From: Squalus acanthias
Taxonomy: Eukaryota
Direction of reading: 5' to 3'
DNA: 64,000 nucleotides
NCBI GenBank assembly: GCA_030390025.1
Contig: CM059432.1
Coordinates: forward strand, 52,764,001 to 52,828,000
The notes under the pieces are model-generated. The model was not told where the DNA came from, did not search any database, and was given only the letters and a program-made list of their open reading frames with translations. The translations under genes were made by a program, and so were the position numbers. Shown here in pieces: positions 62,645 to 64,000 of the stretch. Positions within the stretch are counted from its first letter, which is position 1; every line of letters begins with the position of its first letter.

Positions 62645-63193
62645 CAAAATCGTCGAGCAGAAACTGATAGCCAAGTTCCGCACCCATGAGGACGGCCTCA
62701 ACCGGGATCTTGGGTTCATGTCACGCTACATGTAACCCCACCTGACGTAGAGTCATCCAGACTCGAGTCGTCGTTGGCTTGTTCTCTCTACACAGATGCG
62801 GCCGGACCTGCTGTGATTTCCAGCAAAAAAAAGTTTTTTGTTTTCCATACAGACTCCAGCATCTGCCACATTTAACCCCTTGTGACCCCACCTCATTGTC
62901 TTTGATGTAATGTTTTCCTGACTGACCTGTTTGGACACCATCCACACCTTTGATTGCCGTGATTATCTCTCTGCCGAGGTGTGATAAAGGGCAGTTAGAA
63001 AGATTAACTGTAATCATCTGGCAGTGTTCTCTGACTATATATGCTGTGCCTATATGCATCTCTTCACTTCACCTGACGAAGGAGCAGCGCTCCGAAAGCT
63101 TGTGATTTCAAATAAAGCTGTTGGACTATAACCTGGTGTTGTGCGACTTCTCACATTTGTCCACCCCAGTCCAACACCGGCATCTCCACATCA
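62645..63193 (+). mobile_element. PLE family A 3' fragment with tail
   Basis: KIVEQKLIAKFRTHEDGLNRDLGFMSRY end, then pseudo-LTR and tail gtccaccccagtccaacaccggcatctccacatcat. Confidence 0.9.
63069..63105 (+). ncRNA. Minimal hammerhead motif (family A variant)
   Basis: ucac-CUGACGA-a-ggagc(agc)gcucc-GAAA-gc-UU-guga; stem I covaries relative to 33468-33505. Confidence 0.8.
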
Positions 63194-64000
63194 TTTCTGC
63201 AGGAAACCTATCTTGCACACATAGAACATGCAAAGTTCAGATGATTGGGTAAGTCAAAAATGGGTGGCCTCATTCTCTTCAAAAAGCACAAGTGTCACCG
63301 TCCGAAACAAGTCTTCACATTGGATCAGGCTCTTTCCAGGGAACGTAGCCTTTCCATACTAATGTACAAAATAGCATGGGAGCTATTTTACACTGTAAGA
63401 TCTCTATGTCTCTAACATACTCCCACAGCAGTATTCCTCACACTTGCATCTACCTGCAAGTATTGTGAAATGTGTACTGTAGCATGTATACTATTTGAAA
63501 GTATGTCCTAAGTGTGTGTAAAATTTCTGTACGAAATAAAATTAGGAAGAAAATGATTGATTCAGCAGCATTATTGCCAGTGCCCTCCAATTGGCTCTTT
63601 AGTTGCATTAGTTGCAACAACCCTTACAGAAAATGCAGAGTAGGTATGTATTCCTGTGAGCACAGTACTACTAAATGAGAGGGCAAAATAACACATTTAA
63701 TGAGCTCTCAGTGATCTAAAAAGAAATTCACCATAAAGTCTAAGTTAAAACATGGTACTAATCAAGGCAGAAATCTCAAAAATTCAATTACCTGCCACGA
63801 GGGGTCTCCGTGAATATATTCCTCTTTTTCTAGACCAATGTATAAGGGCTGTTGTAGCATTCTTCTTGAATTCAAATGTATAGCATTAAGTATCAGAATA
63901 AAAGTAAGATCTCTCTGCTACAAATGCCATTTAAGGATTAATGGGCATGCCCCTCCCCATACCCTGCCTGATTTAATCACCTGTTAATCAGCTTTTGGCC

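Noticed and set aside
63792..63915. Possible minus-strand exon of a neighbouring gene (...YIHGDPSWQ|GTAATT)
   Set aside because: Plausible donor but no convincing acceptor, and I do not recognise the peptide; needs BLASTX or RNA-seq.

Overview
Vertebrate genomic DNA, most likely a shark or other cartilaginous fish (inferred from HE1-like V-SINE, SacSINE1-like Deu-SINE and the CR1/L2/Penelope repeat set). The only host gene I can support is EMILIN2 on the minus strand. Its first four coding exons (25546-25377, 24893-24768, 14428-14262, 5134-3197) splice in frame into signal peptide, EMI domain and long coiled coil; I found no collagen-like or C1q exons, so they presumably lie left of the window. 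The rest is a nested transposon landscape: many CR1 LINEs (one near-complete ORF2), L2 relics, SINEs, three PIF/Harbinger elements, related MITEs, a solo LTR, and two families of Neptune-type Penelope-like elements (PLEs). The PLEs are the most interesting part. They carry seven copies of a minimal hammerhead ribozyme motif with compensatory base changes. Both complete insertions share an inverted-arm plus 38-nt-tail architecture with 13-14 bp TSDs. One copy is arm-only, and one family's 3' UTR holds a decaying relic of the other family's pseudo-LTR. All calls are from reading by eye; no database searches were run.
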